Part shown: one piece after another, positions 39,144 to 53,559 of the stretch
Layout: each line of letters begins with the position of its first letter
Numbering within the stretch: the stretch's first letter is position 1
NCBI RefSeq assembly: GCF_006345805.1
Contig: NC_042997.1
Coordinates: 120,218,001 to 120,282,000 of the forward strand
From: Octopus sinensis
Taxonomy: Eukaryota
Direction of reading: 5' to 3'
DNA length: 64,000 bases
Program-made: the position numbers and the translations under genes
The notes under the pieces: model-generated
Database searches by the model: none
Seen by the model: the letters and a program-made list of their open reading frames with translations, nothing else
What the model was told of the DNA's origin: nothing

Positions 39144-40549
39144 CATTGGCAGAAAACTGTACAGTTAATAGTATGTATAAGGGCTGTGTTCAGTTTCATG
39201 TTTTCCAAAATAATCTTTTACGTGCGTGTGTGCTTGTGTGTGTTTATATGTGTGTGTATGTGTGTGTGTGTGCATGAGTGGAAAAGCGAGACCTATAATT
39301 GTTGTCTAGGGGAATGTCTCTTAGCAGTTTCCATATATCACAAACATTACTATTCAAAAATTCCAAATTCGATCTCGTCTACAATTAAGAAAACACCTTT
39401 TTTTTCTACAAACTTGAAAAAAATCAAAACGATTTTCCGTCGATTTCGACGTTTACTTCTCAGACAATTTATTGAATTAACGATATGCTCTGTAAATCAA
39501 TACATGTACTTGTAGAATGCGTACAGTCCTGTGGCATGACAGCATGGTTCTTATACTCATTTCTAAGCCTAATCTTTTGAATATTAATATGTATCGTGAA
39601 ACGCGAGCGATAAGATCAGTTAACCGTAATTATCCTGGGAGAGGAATTAAAGCAACGCTGTAGTGCACCGCTTATGCTTTCATATAGAATTACATACATA
39701 AAGAAATGAGATATCTGATTCAGTAACAAATAGCAATGATGTTAAACATTCATGTGGCGACGACTGATAGAACCAATAGATAACATATCAACCTCATCAT
39801 GAACATCTGTCTGAAAATAGCAACATCATATTGCATAACTATGAGAAATGGTGACTGGGCTAATATATATTACAATACAATCGTGGAAAGAGTAATTTTC
39901 AAGATACGTTACAATGCACAGTGATTTGTAAATCATACTATGCACAATAATGTGTAAATCATAATGTGTAAATCATAATATACTGGTAGAGTATGTTTGT
40001 CAAACCAATACTGAAAATGCAAACATAACACAAAGATCTGAAGTTGGGCAAAACATTTCACATAACAAATGAAAACACTTGGACATTTCTTTCGCAAATG
40101 TTGAGGGTTTGTGTTAAACATCATCTCTAGAGAATTAACAAGCAAACTGTAATTATTAATGTTATAATTTTGGAACAGTTTTAGAACTAGCTACCATAGT
40201 ACCATTCGTGTTCTGGCGCATATGAAAAAGACCACGGCTAATCAGGCTATCATTGATAAAGTTACGGAAGGTAGAGCATTATTTGTAAACATTGTGGATG
40301 CAATACACGTACAGAAAAAGCTTGCCAAGAAGAAATAAACAAGCGTTATGATCTTCGTCTTGTATCAGTTTGCCTGGTTTATATCGCAACAGCAACGGAT
40401 TATCCAAGAAATCACATACATAACGATAGAATGCATATTAGCTAAGTGTCTCAGGAGATTAAAAACTACTACCACTGCTACTACTGCTGCCACCGCCATA
40501 CGTCTCCCAATCAATAAGACTGTTCGAAAAAAAAAATATATATAGGGAG

Positions 40550-40725
40550 AATTCACAGAAAAAACAAAAGACGATGACAGGCGGTGTAGACAACAAACAG
40601 ACGTAATAGTTTAACGTTCGGGAAGTGAAAAGAGTCTTTAACGTTTCTAGCCTACGTTCTTGCACAGAAAGGAACAGAAAGAAACAAGGAGAGAAAATAA
40701 GGAAAGTGTAGTGGCTAGCGATATA
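40550..40725 (-). mobile_element. Short PLE-pLTR-like repeat with a degenerate variant hammerhead (40635-40672)
   Basis: CCTTT-CTGTGCA-A-GAA-CGTAGG-CTA-GAAAC-GTT-AAAGA; body homologous to 27485-27682 and 45070-45260; (TA)n on both flanks. Confidence 0.65.
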
Positions 40726-40733
40726 TGTATATG

Positions 40734-40784
<51 letters not shown>

Positions 40785-42562
40785 TTACATATACAAATAT
40801 ATATGCATGCACTGATATATGTATAAGGATATATATGTCTATATATATATATGTGTGTGTGTATGCGTGTGTATAAACACACAAATATATAATAGATAAT
40901 AACGGTGCATGCGTGTGTATGTATGTGCGTCATTGTGTTTGTTCTGCTTGGCGTATGGTGATATATTTACGTGATATTTTAATAAGTATCGCATCTTTTC
41001 GTAAAATGTAGAAATAGGATAAGAAGCAATCGTAAAATGGAGTCGATTCTTTTGCAGTCACAACATGGCTTCAATCCATTCATTGAAACAAGTGAAAGAA
41101 GTGAATGATAAATATAGTTCGTGATTGCATCTCTGAAAACAGGATGGAACTTCAAACTTGTTAAATTGATCAACCAGACACACTGTGTCTGATCTCCGTC
41201 CACAGTAGCATACATTACGACTACTCTTTGGATATTTATGTCTTTTTTTTTTGAGTATATTTAGTCGGTCGCTTGGTGTAATACCACTATCTGCTTTATG
41301 ATTAATTTTAGGGGAAATTCCTGAGCCACAGGTATCGGCGCTATTTCTATGTCCTGAAGATAACTTCTGGTTCTCCCATAATATGAGCAGTTATGGAAAA
41401 TAAGGGATTATATCGCTACACTAACGCCCAGGCAAAAAGAAAGAGAAATACTTTTTATAGTATTTTACGGTTGCAAGAATCCACTGCACAGCACAAAATA
41501 AAATATGACTAATGCAATAACATGCATACACATATTAATGAAGCTCGTAATTGCGATGATTGTATCTGATCATAAATTAATGTTTCGAATCGTAATGAAT
41601 ATTTAGGGAATTTATTCACATTGACACTTTCGATTCACATGATGTGAATATTTAAGAACGACCTACAGTCTGTTAAGTGAATGAACTTCCTTATTTTGTA
41701 CTTGAAACTATAGTTTTCGAAGTCTGACTCTGAGGCAATAACGATTATTTAAAATAAATACCAGCATAGATTGAAGATTAGAGCTGTGAGGTCAACCTGA
41801 ACGGTTTTAGCTAGTGCTATCATTTGCTATTGATCGCATATCTTGCAGTGATGTGCAATGAAAATCCATACAGAAACTAAATGGATTCTGAGAAGTTTCT
41901 ACAGGCTACATATATAACATATATATCAATACTTGAGCATATCATGTGGTGTTATTACAAAAGGATATACTCAGAATACTGATGGGCAAAATATGGTGAA
42001 TTCTATTCACCGAAGGAAATGCACGAAATGACTATATTCCTTTGAATTGTATTGTTTGTATGTGCATCTTATATATCATACATTAGTATCAACAATCTGT
42101 ATATTTGCAAATGTGTACAACGAAAATCTACCTATATAGATATGTGTGTGTGCGTGTGTTTGTGATTATGCTTCTTCTTATTGTATGTTCTTGTGTTATG
42201 TTTCTTAGCCATGACTCATATTTTTCTCTACAATACAAGAATATATTCTACCTACTTAGATCCACAACACCAGAATCAAACGCATGAAGTTTTCTGGTGT
42301 CTTTCTAAAGAAGAATTAAAAACTAGTAAGCCAATACGATCAAAGCGGTTTATCTCCATATAAGCGTGGAATTCAGCAAAACTTTGCTTTCTGTTTATGA
42401 ATAGAAAAATCCTTTTTAGTGTGACCTTTTCCAGCATAGACTTATGATTTTTTTTTTTTACCTTTCTCTGGTTAGCAACAACGTTTTCCTTCTTCGAAAA
42501 GATCTGTTTCATATGTTGAATCACTTCTATTATCGTCTCATATGTATATGAAAATATATAAG

Positions 42563-42605
<43 letters not shown>

Positions 42606-42703
42606 TTGTGTGTGTGTGGCTGTGTGTGGGTGTGTCTCTGTGTGTGTATGTGTGTGTGTATGTATGTATATATATTATATATATATATGCATATATACAT
42701 GTA

Positions 42704-42826
<123 letters not shown>

Positions 42827-43583
42827 TATATATATACATATATACATATTCATATTAATCTCCCATACTTTATCACCATTGCAATTTTCTTTCTCTACCA
42901 TCAGACATTAAACTACATTCTTTCTAGGTTTATGAGTGAGATATGCAATTCACTGCTTTCGTTTTCCCCCATTAATGCTAACGTAGCGTTAAGTACATAC
43001 TACTTTATTGCGCGTCTACGTCTGCCTTTCCATTCACAACAAAGGTTATAAACAAAAGAAGAGAAATATTCAGCGCCTTCTGCAGAATATTTCTACGTAA
43101 TATGTTTCTCTGTACATATAGATATCGTATTCCCATAACAATTATAGAACACAATAAAGAATTTTTCTGTGTAGTCCAAGTTTTTATTCATGACAAAGTG
43201 AAAAAAAAAAAATGTTCGGATATTTATCGATTACGGACGTAATTTTGCACAATGCCAGCATTATGAAATTTATAATATAGAAACTAGGTTCTATTGGATG
43301 TAAGGCGGGATACAACATTGTTTGTTAGATCGGATGAAACGTTTCGATTTTACGCTCTATAGTTTAAACAACTGAGTTCCATTCCATTTCGGGTGAACTG
43401 AATATTTCCATTCTACTCCGGTGTTAATAATTGAGTATCATTATAATACAAGGAGTGATTAATCTTTTTTCAGCTCTTTTCGGATCGGTTCTGTCGCAGA
43501 ATTATGTGGTTAATTCATCTGTTTGAATTGACCCGGTCACTCTGAAGCTGCACTGCGTAAACCGAAATGTACGTACATATTTG

Positions 43584-43614
<31 letters not shown>

Positions 43615-43949
43615 TGTGTGTGTGTGTATGTGTGTGTGTGTTTGTATCTGTGTATTTATTTATGTATGTATATATATGTATATATATGTATATATATATA
43701 TATATGTATATATTTATATATATATATACATATACATATGTGTGTTTGTGCGTGTGGTGTGTGTTTACGTGTGACTGTGTGTATGTGTATGCAATCATAA
43801 ACATGCCAGTAGGCGTAATGGTACTGCTGACAAGCTTCTCATTATTTCGTTTATAAGTACAAATGAATTTGGAGTGTCCTACTCCTACGTATAAGTTTAT
43901 AATGAACTTTTAAATTACTTCACAACATTCCTCCTCCTCCTCCTCATTA

Positions 43950-44200
43950 TCATCATCACCATCATCATCATCATCATCATCATCATCTTCGAAAGTTATT
44001 GAGCAACCAGTGCCCACTGGTCGGAATTCACACTACGATCGACTTCCAGAACTCTCGACCATTTATCACACCTGCAAGTTCTTTGAGGACAATTCTTGGG
44101 TCGCCAACAATGATGTGTAGGGAAGTGAGTTTTCTCGAGAAGATTCTAACGGTCGGCGCCAACAAGAGGTGGGATGGAACGAAACCCCTTTGCTTCGCCT
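43950..44200 (-). mobile_element. RTE-type LINE 3' end with (GAT)n tail
   Basis: Minus frame PSHLLLAPTVRIFSRKLTSLHIIVGDPRIVLKELAGVINGREFWKSIVV* (ORF 44028-44285) resembles the RTE C-terminus (..DRxxWRxxV). (GAT)n follows. Confidence 0.55.
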
Positions 44201-45069
44201 TATATACTGTTTTATATTTATATGTAAGGTATTTGATGTATGAGGTATTTGACTTTTTGAGGTTTTTGTTTTTGTGTATTAACACAAATAAACAATGTGT
44301 AAAATTCGAAGAACCAGATCTCTGAAATGTATGCTAATGTACGACCGTTTCCTAGCAATTACTTTCAAATACAGTAATATTTCATACTAAATTATTGTTC
44401 AGGAACTAAATCTTTTAGATTACATGAAAATATCCTGAAAATTTGAAACGTTTCTTCCCAATAATTCTTAATAAATGGTATTAGTTTGGCTAATGAGTAT
44501 TTATAGATCACATCACATGAATGTTCAAATTTCGCGATGTAAAGTCAGTTCAGAAATTTCGTATATTTAATATACGTACATTTCTTTAGCTTTAAATAGA
44601 ATTCGCTTTCAGTTTAAAAGTACTTCATTGATGAGGAAATTAGAATCGATTGAATCGTTAAATGTCAATGTTCATAGATGTCTTATTCTGTCTTTTGTTT
44701 CTTTGGCGCTGTTCACGAAGAGGAAATCTAAATTTACTTCAATATACTTGTTAAGAAGACTGTCCAATGGAGCAGTGATAGAATGCGTTTGAAATAGAAA
44801 CGTAATGAAAAGGAAATCAAACAATAATTTGATATGTCCAGTAAAGTTGATAGAATATGATCAGGAAAGAGACGGTTTAGTGTAGGGTTTAATGGCTACA
44901 TTACGGTAGAGCGTGGAATAGATCGATATGGTCAGAAATAAAATGGTTATGGAAACAGTACAAGGGATATATTGTTGATCAACGGATAAAACATGACTTC
45001 AAGTAGTCAAGATTAACACATACAACTACTTTATATACATATATATATATGCGTGTATGTATGTATAGA

Positions 45070-45260
45070 GGAAACTTCACGAGAAAAACAAAATGTGAAG
45101 GCAGGTGGTTAAAAAAAAAACAAATGTATTAGTATAGCGCTCGGGAATTGAAAACATATTTAACGTTTCGAGCCTACGCTCTTCCACAGAAAGAAACAAG
45201 GAGAGAGAAACTGTGTGTAGTGACTACCGATCTTTCATGGCGAATGCCGGACAGAAGGGT
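45070..45260 (-). mobile_element. Short PLE-pLTR-like repeat with variant hammerhead (45157-45194)
   Basis: TCTTT-CTGTGGA-A-GAG-CGTAGG-CTC-GAAAC-GTT-AAATA; homologous to the 27547 copy. Confidence 0.7.
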
Positions 45261-46057
45261 CATACAAGAGAGCTAAGAAGTAGGGGAGATAACAAAGTAG
45301 TAGTGATCCCAAAACGAAGGTGCTCGTGTGTGTAAGAGGGGCTCAAAACTTTAAATACTTTTTCAATTCCCGAGCATTATACTAATACATCTGTTTGTTT
45401 TCTACACAACTTGTGTTCGAATTTTTTCCTGAATTCTCCCTATATATATATATATATATATACGCGCATATGTATGTATGTATACTTCTGTTTATTCCTT
45501 CACAATGTATGTATACGTATGCATATATATATATATTAATGTCTGTGTGCATGTGTGTACGCGTGTATGTATGCGTTCATGTGTGTATGCATGTATATAT
45601 AGCTCACGGATATTACAAAAAAATGCGCACTTATAACTTTACCAACAACTTAAGAATAAGGTATATTGTTTTCTTTCCATTTTTTTAAACTTATTTTGGC
45701 TTGGAACTTCCCCACATGGGGGAAAGATTGAGAATCAGAAATAATAAATAAATATCACGAACAATATTATTCCACCTCGTACTAATTATGTTCTCGATCA
45801 ACCTATGAATCATGTTTATTGCAGTACATAAATATATTGCAGCGCTGTTCATATAGTTGCTAAAAAAAGCGCGTAAAACAAACTAAATATACTATTTCAG
45901 TTCAATGAAATAACTTATATATAATGTGACCGCGTGTGTGTCGTTGGCGATTTCTTTCCTCCGTCTTCCCTTCCTTGGATCTTTCCGTTTCCTACGTTTC
46001 TGGCAAAGAGCTCCGCTCGAAACTTCAAATCCTTTGTGTTTTCATATTTGGATTAAC

Positions 46058-46130
<73 letters not shown>

Positions 46131-46351
46131 ATATATATATAATGTGAAATAGAAAGATGAATAATCTTGTAGTAGATTAATCAAAAGTTTAACCGATACC
46201 TTAGTAGCAAAAATCACAGCAGTAAACAGCACGGTTGGAGGTACAACCATCTGGCGTTGCAACCGTGCGTTGGTGCGGATAATTGAAATTAAAACATTAT
46301 TGGTGAATTGAAGAAATGGAGCTGAACGCAGATTGAACAGAAATCGTTTTA

Positions 46352-46440
46352 TTTCATTCTACACGTGTTTCGAAAGGCACAAATTACCAAAATCCGATTG
46401 AATAATGGGACCATATTGTGTCTTTCTCATCAGGAAGAAA
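46352..46440 (-). ncRNA. Canonical-core minimal type I hammerhead ribozyme (Penelope-type)
   Basis: TTTCTTC-CTGATGA-GAAAG.CACAA(loop)TTGTG.CTTTC-GAA-ACACGTGT-A|GAATGAAA. The core is intact; stem II has 10 bp with one mismatch; stem III is a palindrome; stem I has 7 bp with one bulge. The GUA cleavage site is between 46360 and 46359, and AATAAA follows immediately. Confidence 0.8.
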
Positions 46441-47606
46441 AAAGGAAATCCGTTGGAAACACAAAAACAGAACAGAGGCGGAGCAAAAAACAAATCGAAC
46501 TGTGCTCCTAAGAGCCCATGGCGAAACTGTTTATCAGTGTATGTTGAGAACCGGTGGCTGAAGAATTCAACGGGTCAGGCATCGGTCAATCATGTGGGTG
46601 AGGGTGTATAGATGTTCTTTGTGACGAGAGAATAAAGTTCTGACTATTTAAGGAATATTGGATGTTTTATAAGGGGCGAGAAAAAATCTACTTAGAGACG
46701 TGTGTGTGTGTATACTGTTCTATATATGTTGTGTGTTGGCGTAGGGGTAGAAAACATTTTTTGTGTACGTGTGTGCGTTGATCGTTCGGCTGTCAGTGGC
46801 TACTGCCGTGATAACCGTTGGGTGGCAGAAAGAAAAAAAAAAATAAAAAATATATATATATTATGTTTTATGTGTGTGTGTGTTCATCTGAGCCTGCCTT
46901 GTCAAGGAAACCCCCCGCTGTGAGAAAACCAAGCCCCGTTTGTCTTACAGGAGTAATTCCCCTTGCAGTGGTTAATCGTAGATATCTTAAAGGCTATTTC
47001 AGAATTTGTTACCAAGGGCTATGGGTGCCGGTACTATTTATAAACGCTATTTAAAGGCCAGGTAAGTGTAACGCCGCCAATGGGGCATCGAAAAGCCGAC
47101 TGTAAGAGCCCGTTTACCATCCGGCCTCTGGCAAACAAAATATGGAAGAGTTCGGAGACACAAAGGTTGCACTGTCTTCTGCCCCTATCAAATGGGATGG
47201 GAGGGCCACCGACAAAATTGACCATTCCAGCCTATAGCTTAAGTTCGCATCCTTCAGTCGCCATATTAGCTTACTGAGTCCCGTGGTCTGGCGCTTGTTC
47301 ACGTCCGGAAAAGTTGCGTAATGGTTGGAGACACGCAAAGACAATCTTGAGGATGATGCCCCTACATAAGTGAAGATCTGAGTCCGTGTAAACCTTGCAT
47401 TGGTAGACGGCGTTTTTGATCTTGGAGTTCGCCGACGTGAATCTTAATCTGCTAGGATTAGTTTCTGAAATTAGAACTGCGTTCCTAAAGGTGTCAGGTA
47501 ATGCTGAATAAGTGCTATACACAGACCATAGTTAAGTTCCAGATTCTATCTATAAATGCTCTAATATCTATACAGCTTTGTTTTTTATCTTATTATGCAA
47601 AAAATG

Positions 47607-47644
<38 letters not shown>

Positions 47645-47668
47645 GGTGTTTTGTGTGTATATATATAC

Positions 47669-47710
<42 letters not shown>

Positions 47711-49080
47711 TGTGCCTATTTGTGTAGATATGTTTACAAAGAAAAATTATGCAGCATAATCGACACATAATTGGAAGTGATGTGTTGCATAATATCTGAG
47801 TTATAGGCGAATATGTCGATGGTTCTGTAATGTGGTGTATGTATGGGGTTGCGCCGTTTAGTCATAATAGCAGTGTAAAAATATCCATTCGTTCATTCTT
47901 ATATCACGATACATACCCTTCTATCTATTACTTCAAATGTCGATGCGTAATATCATCTATAGAAATTAGTAAAACCACTAAACATCAGCCTCACATCAGC
48001 GATCACACTTGTAGCTACATACTCATAGACATACACATAATATATTCTATACGAATATTTCATGAAAGAAACTAAATTAGTCTTCTCTGAGAAATTTCTA
48101 ATCATGTAATTAATAAATCATTTTATTTTATATTATATTATAATAAAAGGCGGTTTTAGCATCTTGCCGTTTCATGCCAGCAAAAATCCATTTAATAACA
48201 GTTGAAACCAGTTAACATTTATGGAAGGAAGTAGTGTTTTATTTTTACATCATCTATTTTTTTCTTTATTGGATCGATTTGTAATTACCTTCATTATGCT
48301 TGTATACACGTCATTGATATTTGATGAAGCCAGGCATATTACGAAGAGTTAATATTAATAATAACCTTCCTTAATCTCAACTGCTTAATGTCATTTTCTA
48401 ACTGATTTAAATCCTAATTTTGGTCAATTTTTTATTGCGTTCGAGTTTTTTTATAAATTTTTGTTTTGCTTGTTTTTCTCTCTTAAAGAACATCTTATCG
48501 CTTGGGAAGACGTTATGTTGTTTGTCATCTACCAGATATTAGTAATACATTACAAGATTTATCACTTCATCTAAAATTTCATGTGTGTCATCATGTGTGG
48601 AGAAACGAAGATGAGCAGCTCCGATGGCAGCAATGACGTTAGCTCATCTCGGAAATCACTTCTTTCAAGTAATATTAGATATAAAAAAAATATTTTTAGG
48701 TTAAAAGAAAATCGGTTTCATATTTACGGTGGATGTTTCAGGGTGACGAACACAAGAGACATAATGCATCATATATGATCATGCAAAAAGAGAAGAAAAA
48801 CGAGTTGTTTATGAATTACAAAAACGAAAATAATACATTTCGAAGACAGATCGCTTAGAATGAATGCGATTACTATAAATGTAAGCGGACTACTGTATAA
48901 TAGTCAGTACCAATTCAGTAACGGTTGCTGAATCATAAGGTGGACTTGCCTGTCTGATCACGTTATTATTTACAGAAATATAACGAGGATAGATTTCCGA
49001 GTCATGTTTGGAGACATTATGACTATACAATGTAAATTTGTAGAGATATATTTGTTCCATAGACGGTTTATCGCTAGCTT

Positions 49081-49171
<91 letters not shown>

Positions 49172-49189
49172 AATTTTTTGCGTAATAAA

Positions 49190-50200
49190 ATAAAAAATCA
49201 AGGCTGTGTAGATAGAACATTTATAGATAGAAAGTCTTACAGCTGTTTCCAGGATATATACAGAGGTTGAAGGGGGAACAAATACTGAGGAATTTTCAAC
49301 CCGGGCACATTACTTCATATGCTCTCTGTTAGCACAGTAGGCTAACAATATTAACTAAATTAGTGAAGAGCTCTAAGTAATATTTTGGTAATTTCAAAAT
49401 TTATGGTTTATCACAATTCTATATTGTATATCCATGGATGGGCTTCAGATAAACTGGATTTTTTAGACTGAACTATAATAGATGTTTTCAAAAATGGTCA
49501 TTACATATAATTCCTTTATTATAGCAAATTTTGCTTAAAGCTGTCTCCAGTAGTCGTTATCAATTGGTCTATTAATCAATTCAAGTAAACTGAAAGACCT
49601 AAGAAGATTAAAGATACCTTCATAAGAGCCATTCCTGGAAATAACAAACAGAGCACCTGAAGAACGGTTATTGTATAGGGCAAGTAGGGGGAAATTGGGA
49701 TGCTTAAGTGGAAAAGGTAAAGGCAGGTAACAACGGGGTGGTAGCAATTGATGGAGTGGTACTTAGTAGAAGTAGTTGTAGTAATATGAGTATTATTGTT
49801 ATTATCATTTGTAGTAATAGGAGTATTAGGGGCAGCCATAAACATAGGTCAGCAACGTTACCATATTGTCATTGTTATAGTTCAGATATTCTCCAGCAAA
49901 TTTACTGAAATTTGATATGGGTTTTGTCATGGATATAGAGTGAGTCAGACAATAATTTTCAGTATTTAATCTAGCACAGTGAGGGAATAATTTTAAATTT
50001 TTAGAGTAAACTTGCAGAATAGTGTGTTATTAATCCAGCATAGTGGGGGAATAGTTGCTAACACCTCGTTGAAACCTGCCTATACCTTTTCTGCTTAAAC
50101 ATCCAAACTTCTCCCACTGTCCCCAATTAATAACCATACTTCAAGTGCTCTGTTTGTTGTATCCAGCAGTGGCTCTGACGAAGGTATCATTAATTATCTT
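49190..50200 (-). mobile_element. Decayed Penelope-like element (linker, GIY-YIG, pLTR remnant)
   Basis: Minus frames KNLKLFPHCARLNTENYCLTHSISMTKPISNFSKF (like PLE HFP..FN..SYS.M.N) and SSLSEAHPW (like T.LSKYIW), ending in the HHR remnant GAAACAGCTGTAAGAC near 49235-49250. Confidence 0.5.
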
Positions 50201-50260
50201 AGGTCTTTCTCTTTACCTCAGTTGCTCAACAGACTAATTAAAACTGTCTATAATCTAATA

Positions 50261-50690
50261 TATAGGTGCAGGAGTGGCTGTGTGGTAAGTAGCTTGCTTA
50301 TCAACTATAAGGTTCCGAGTTCAGTTCCACTGCGTGGCACCTAGGGCAAGTGTCTTCTACTATAGCCTCAAGCCGACCAAAGCCTTTTGAGTGGATTTGG
50401 TAGACAGAAACTGAAAGAAGCACGTCGTATATATATATGTGTGTGTGTGTGCGTGTGTGTGTATGTATCTATATCTGTGTTTGTCCCTCCAACATCGCTT
50501 GACAGCCGATGCTGGTGTGTTTACGCCCCCGTAACTTAGCGGTTCGGCAAGGCAGATCGATAGAATAAGTACTAGGCTTACAAAGAATAAGTCCTGGATT
50601 CGATTTGCTCGACTAAATGCGGTGCTCTAGCATGTCCGCAGTAAAATGACTGAAATAATTAAAAGAATAAAAGAATAAAAGAATAAAAGA
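50261..50690 (+). mobile_element. Full-length SINE family A (reference copy)
   Basis: ATAGGTGCAGGAGTGGCTGTGTGGTAAG head, GAGTTCAGTTCC B box, (TG)n centre and (AAAGAAT)n tail. Confidence 0.93.
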
Positions 50691-50804
<114 letters not shown>

Positions 50805-50899
50805 CATACATACATGTATATGTGTGTGTGTATACGTATGTTTGATACATCAATTAATAATTCATTGATATTTGTATATAGCTTATATCTTTTTTCCTA

Positions 50900-51410
50900 C
50901 ATTTGTTTCAGTCATTGGACTGCAGCGATTCTGGGTTGACACCTTCAGAGATTTAGTCAAATACATCGGTCTCAGGGCTTATATTTTAACCTGGTACATA
51001 TTCCATAAGCTAGGTTATAGGGATGTAAACAATCCAACACTGTTTGTCAAGCGGTGGTGGATGATAAGCACACATATACACAAAAACAGATATATTAAAT
51101 ATGTGTATGTATGTGTCTATGTATGTGTGCATGTATGTATGTGTGTGCATGTGTGTATGTGTGTGCATGTGTGTATATGTATGCATGTATGTATGTGTGT
51201 ATGTATTTATATGTGTGTATGTGTGTAGGAGTGTATGTGTGTATGAGTGTATGTATGTATAAGTTTGGCTTCTAATTTCTGTCGAAGAAAGCTGTTCACA
51301 AGGTTTTGGTTGGCCCAGGGTTATATAAGAAAACTCTTGCTTAAGGTGCTACGCAGAGAGAATGAACTTGCAACCAGGAAACTTGGAGGCAACTAGCTAA
51401 GCACACAAAA
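50900..51410 (-). mobile_element. Old SINE family A-related copy
   Basis: TGTTTCAGTCATTGGACTGC.., GTCAAGCGGTGG and CACAAGGTTTTGGTTGGCCCAGGG..AAGGTGCTACGCAG flank an expanded (TG)n centre. Confidence 0.6.
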
Positions 51411-51496
51411 ACCCCTTGGTCCAGAAAAACAACAAACAAATGATATTATATTGAAATATTTGTCCATATATCTATTCACCTGCCTGTCTATTTCCC

Positions 51497-51538
<42 letters not shown>

Positions 51539-51581
51539 TCTTCATACATACGTACATACATACATACATGCATACATAAAC

Positions 51582-51630
<49 letters not shown>

Positions 51631-52389
51631 TATATGCATACATAAATACACATTTACGTGCGTATATAAATATGTATGTTTAACTACATGTATGCATACG
51701 TACGTCATACATTGAATATTTATATTGTGTTTGCTTTTCCCCAATACCACATTGCATGTGTTGGGAGATATAACATGATCAATCCACCAACCAAGCAGCT
51801 CTTACGCTACGTGTTACAATTGAACGTCCAAGTGGAGAAATATAGCGTTATGTTTCACTAAGTAAGCAATCAAAATTTGCATACAAACCTTACTACAGTA
51901 TAAACTTATCTTAGCGTAACTGAATCTGCATTGTATACAAAAGCGATTGCAATCATTATGAGAGATAATACGTCAAAAATAGTGTTATATTAGTTTGCAT
52001 ATGGCTTCCAAATCAAAAAGATGCTGCCCGTACGAAAGAGAAATCACACCATCCGGCATAGAGCAAACAGTCATACAAAAGGATGCCAGAAAATAACATC
52101 TAGAATATGCAATGAGAGATATTAATATTCAAGTATGAAATAAATCACCTAAGTTTCTAACTATCAGCTTTACTGTCTCACCATGTTTAACTCTCAAACA
52201 GACATTCAAACTCATGTACCTGTATCGACTTTATGAACTTTTTCTGTCTTCTGTAATTTCAAATTCCATTATGTCATACTGTTAACGCAGCACAATCTGA
52301 CATAACTTTTATGAATTTTCTTGGTTGTTAATCTGAGATATTATAAATACACACATTCAAAGATTTATATACCATGAGAGCTAGAATTT

Positions 52390-52870
52390 TTTAAAAAGTT
52401 TGTTTTGTCTTCACACACAGCTTATTGGTCTCGCCACCGTTGAACGAGACCAATATACTTTGAGGTGTTATTGCATGGGGCTGAGACATGGCGAACAACA
52501 TTTAAGTCAAATAAGCAAATACAATCATTCATCAACAGATGCTTGCGTGGTATACTTAAAATTAGATGGCCCGAACACATAAGCAATATGGAGCTATGGC
52601 AAAGAGCAAATCAAGCTCGTTTAGGGAGCAAATATTTAAGAAAAAGTGGAAGCACAATTAGAAAAAACACACCAAATGTAGCGAAAAGTGCTTTACAGTG
52701 GAATCCGGATGGATATAGAAAGAAAGGTAGGCCTAAAAACTCGTGGCGTAGATGAACATAAAAGGAACTAGAGAAAGGGAACATTCTTGGCAGAGTATAA
52801 GTACAGAAGCGAAAACTTATGCGACATGGAATCCAACTATAAGTGGACTACACTCCGCATTGGAGGGTTA
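52390..52870 (+). mobile_element. RTE-clade LINE ORF C-terminal fragment
   Basis: LLHGAETWRTT..FINRCLRGILKIRWPEHISNMELWQR..ALQWNPDG.RKKGRPKNSWRR contains the RTE hallmarks LLYGxETW, RCLRxIL.I.W and GRP..W. Confidence 0.9.
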
Positions 52871-53340
52871 AAGGCGGGGAAAAAAAGCCAATGAGCGGAT
52901 GAAAATATCGAGAAAACTTAATTCAAAACTGGGTTACAACTCCCTAGCTGCCAAAAGAATTAATTCCCAGGTAATGTGGTGCTTATTATTCGTGTTCTTG
53001 CGAACAGCTTTCATAAATAAATGATATAATTTATAAAGTCTAAAGTCATTCATTACAGGACAATAACATGAATATGGTTATTGTCAATACAGTTCTCAGT
53101 TGTTACAAACAAGCCTATACATGTGTAGAGGTAAACGCATGCGTGCGCGCACGTACTCATCCATCTGTTAAAATTTTACGAGACAATGTTGACGGTGATT
53201 TTCATGTCTCGGCTTGCTAACCTACGTCTTAATGACCGACGAAGAAGAGCAAGGCGAAACCTTGAAGTTGTTCTCAATTTATATTAATCTTTATAGCCTT
53301 GTAAGGGTTTAGTATACATTTATATTACTAAACGGTAATA

Positions 53341-53517
53341 TTCCTTTATTCTTTTGTACCTTTACTTGTTTCAGTCATTTGACTGTGGCCATCCTGGAGC
53401 ACCGCCTTTAGTTGAGCAAATCTTATTATTTGTAAGCCTAAATTACGGGAACGTAAACACACCAGCATCGGTCGTCAAGCGATATTGGGGGAACAAACAC
53501 AGACATACAAACATATA

Positions 53518-53559
<42 letters not shown>

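Noticed and set aside
49080-49170. Recurrent AA/TT phase shifts within (TA)n tracts
   Set aside because: They are most simply explained by slippage or sequencing/assembly error and cannot be interpreted without the reads.
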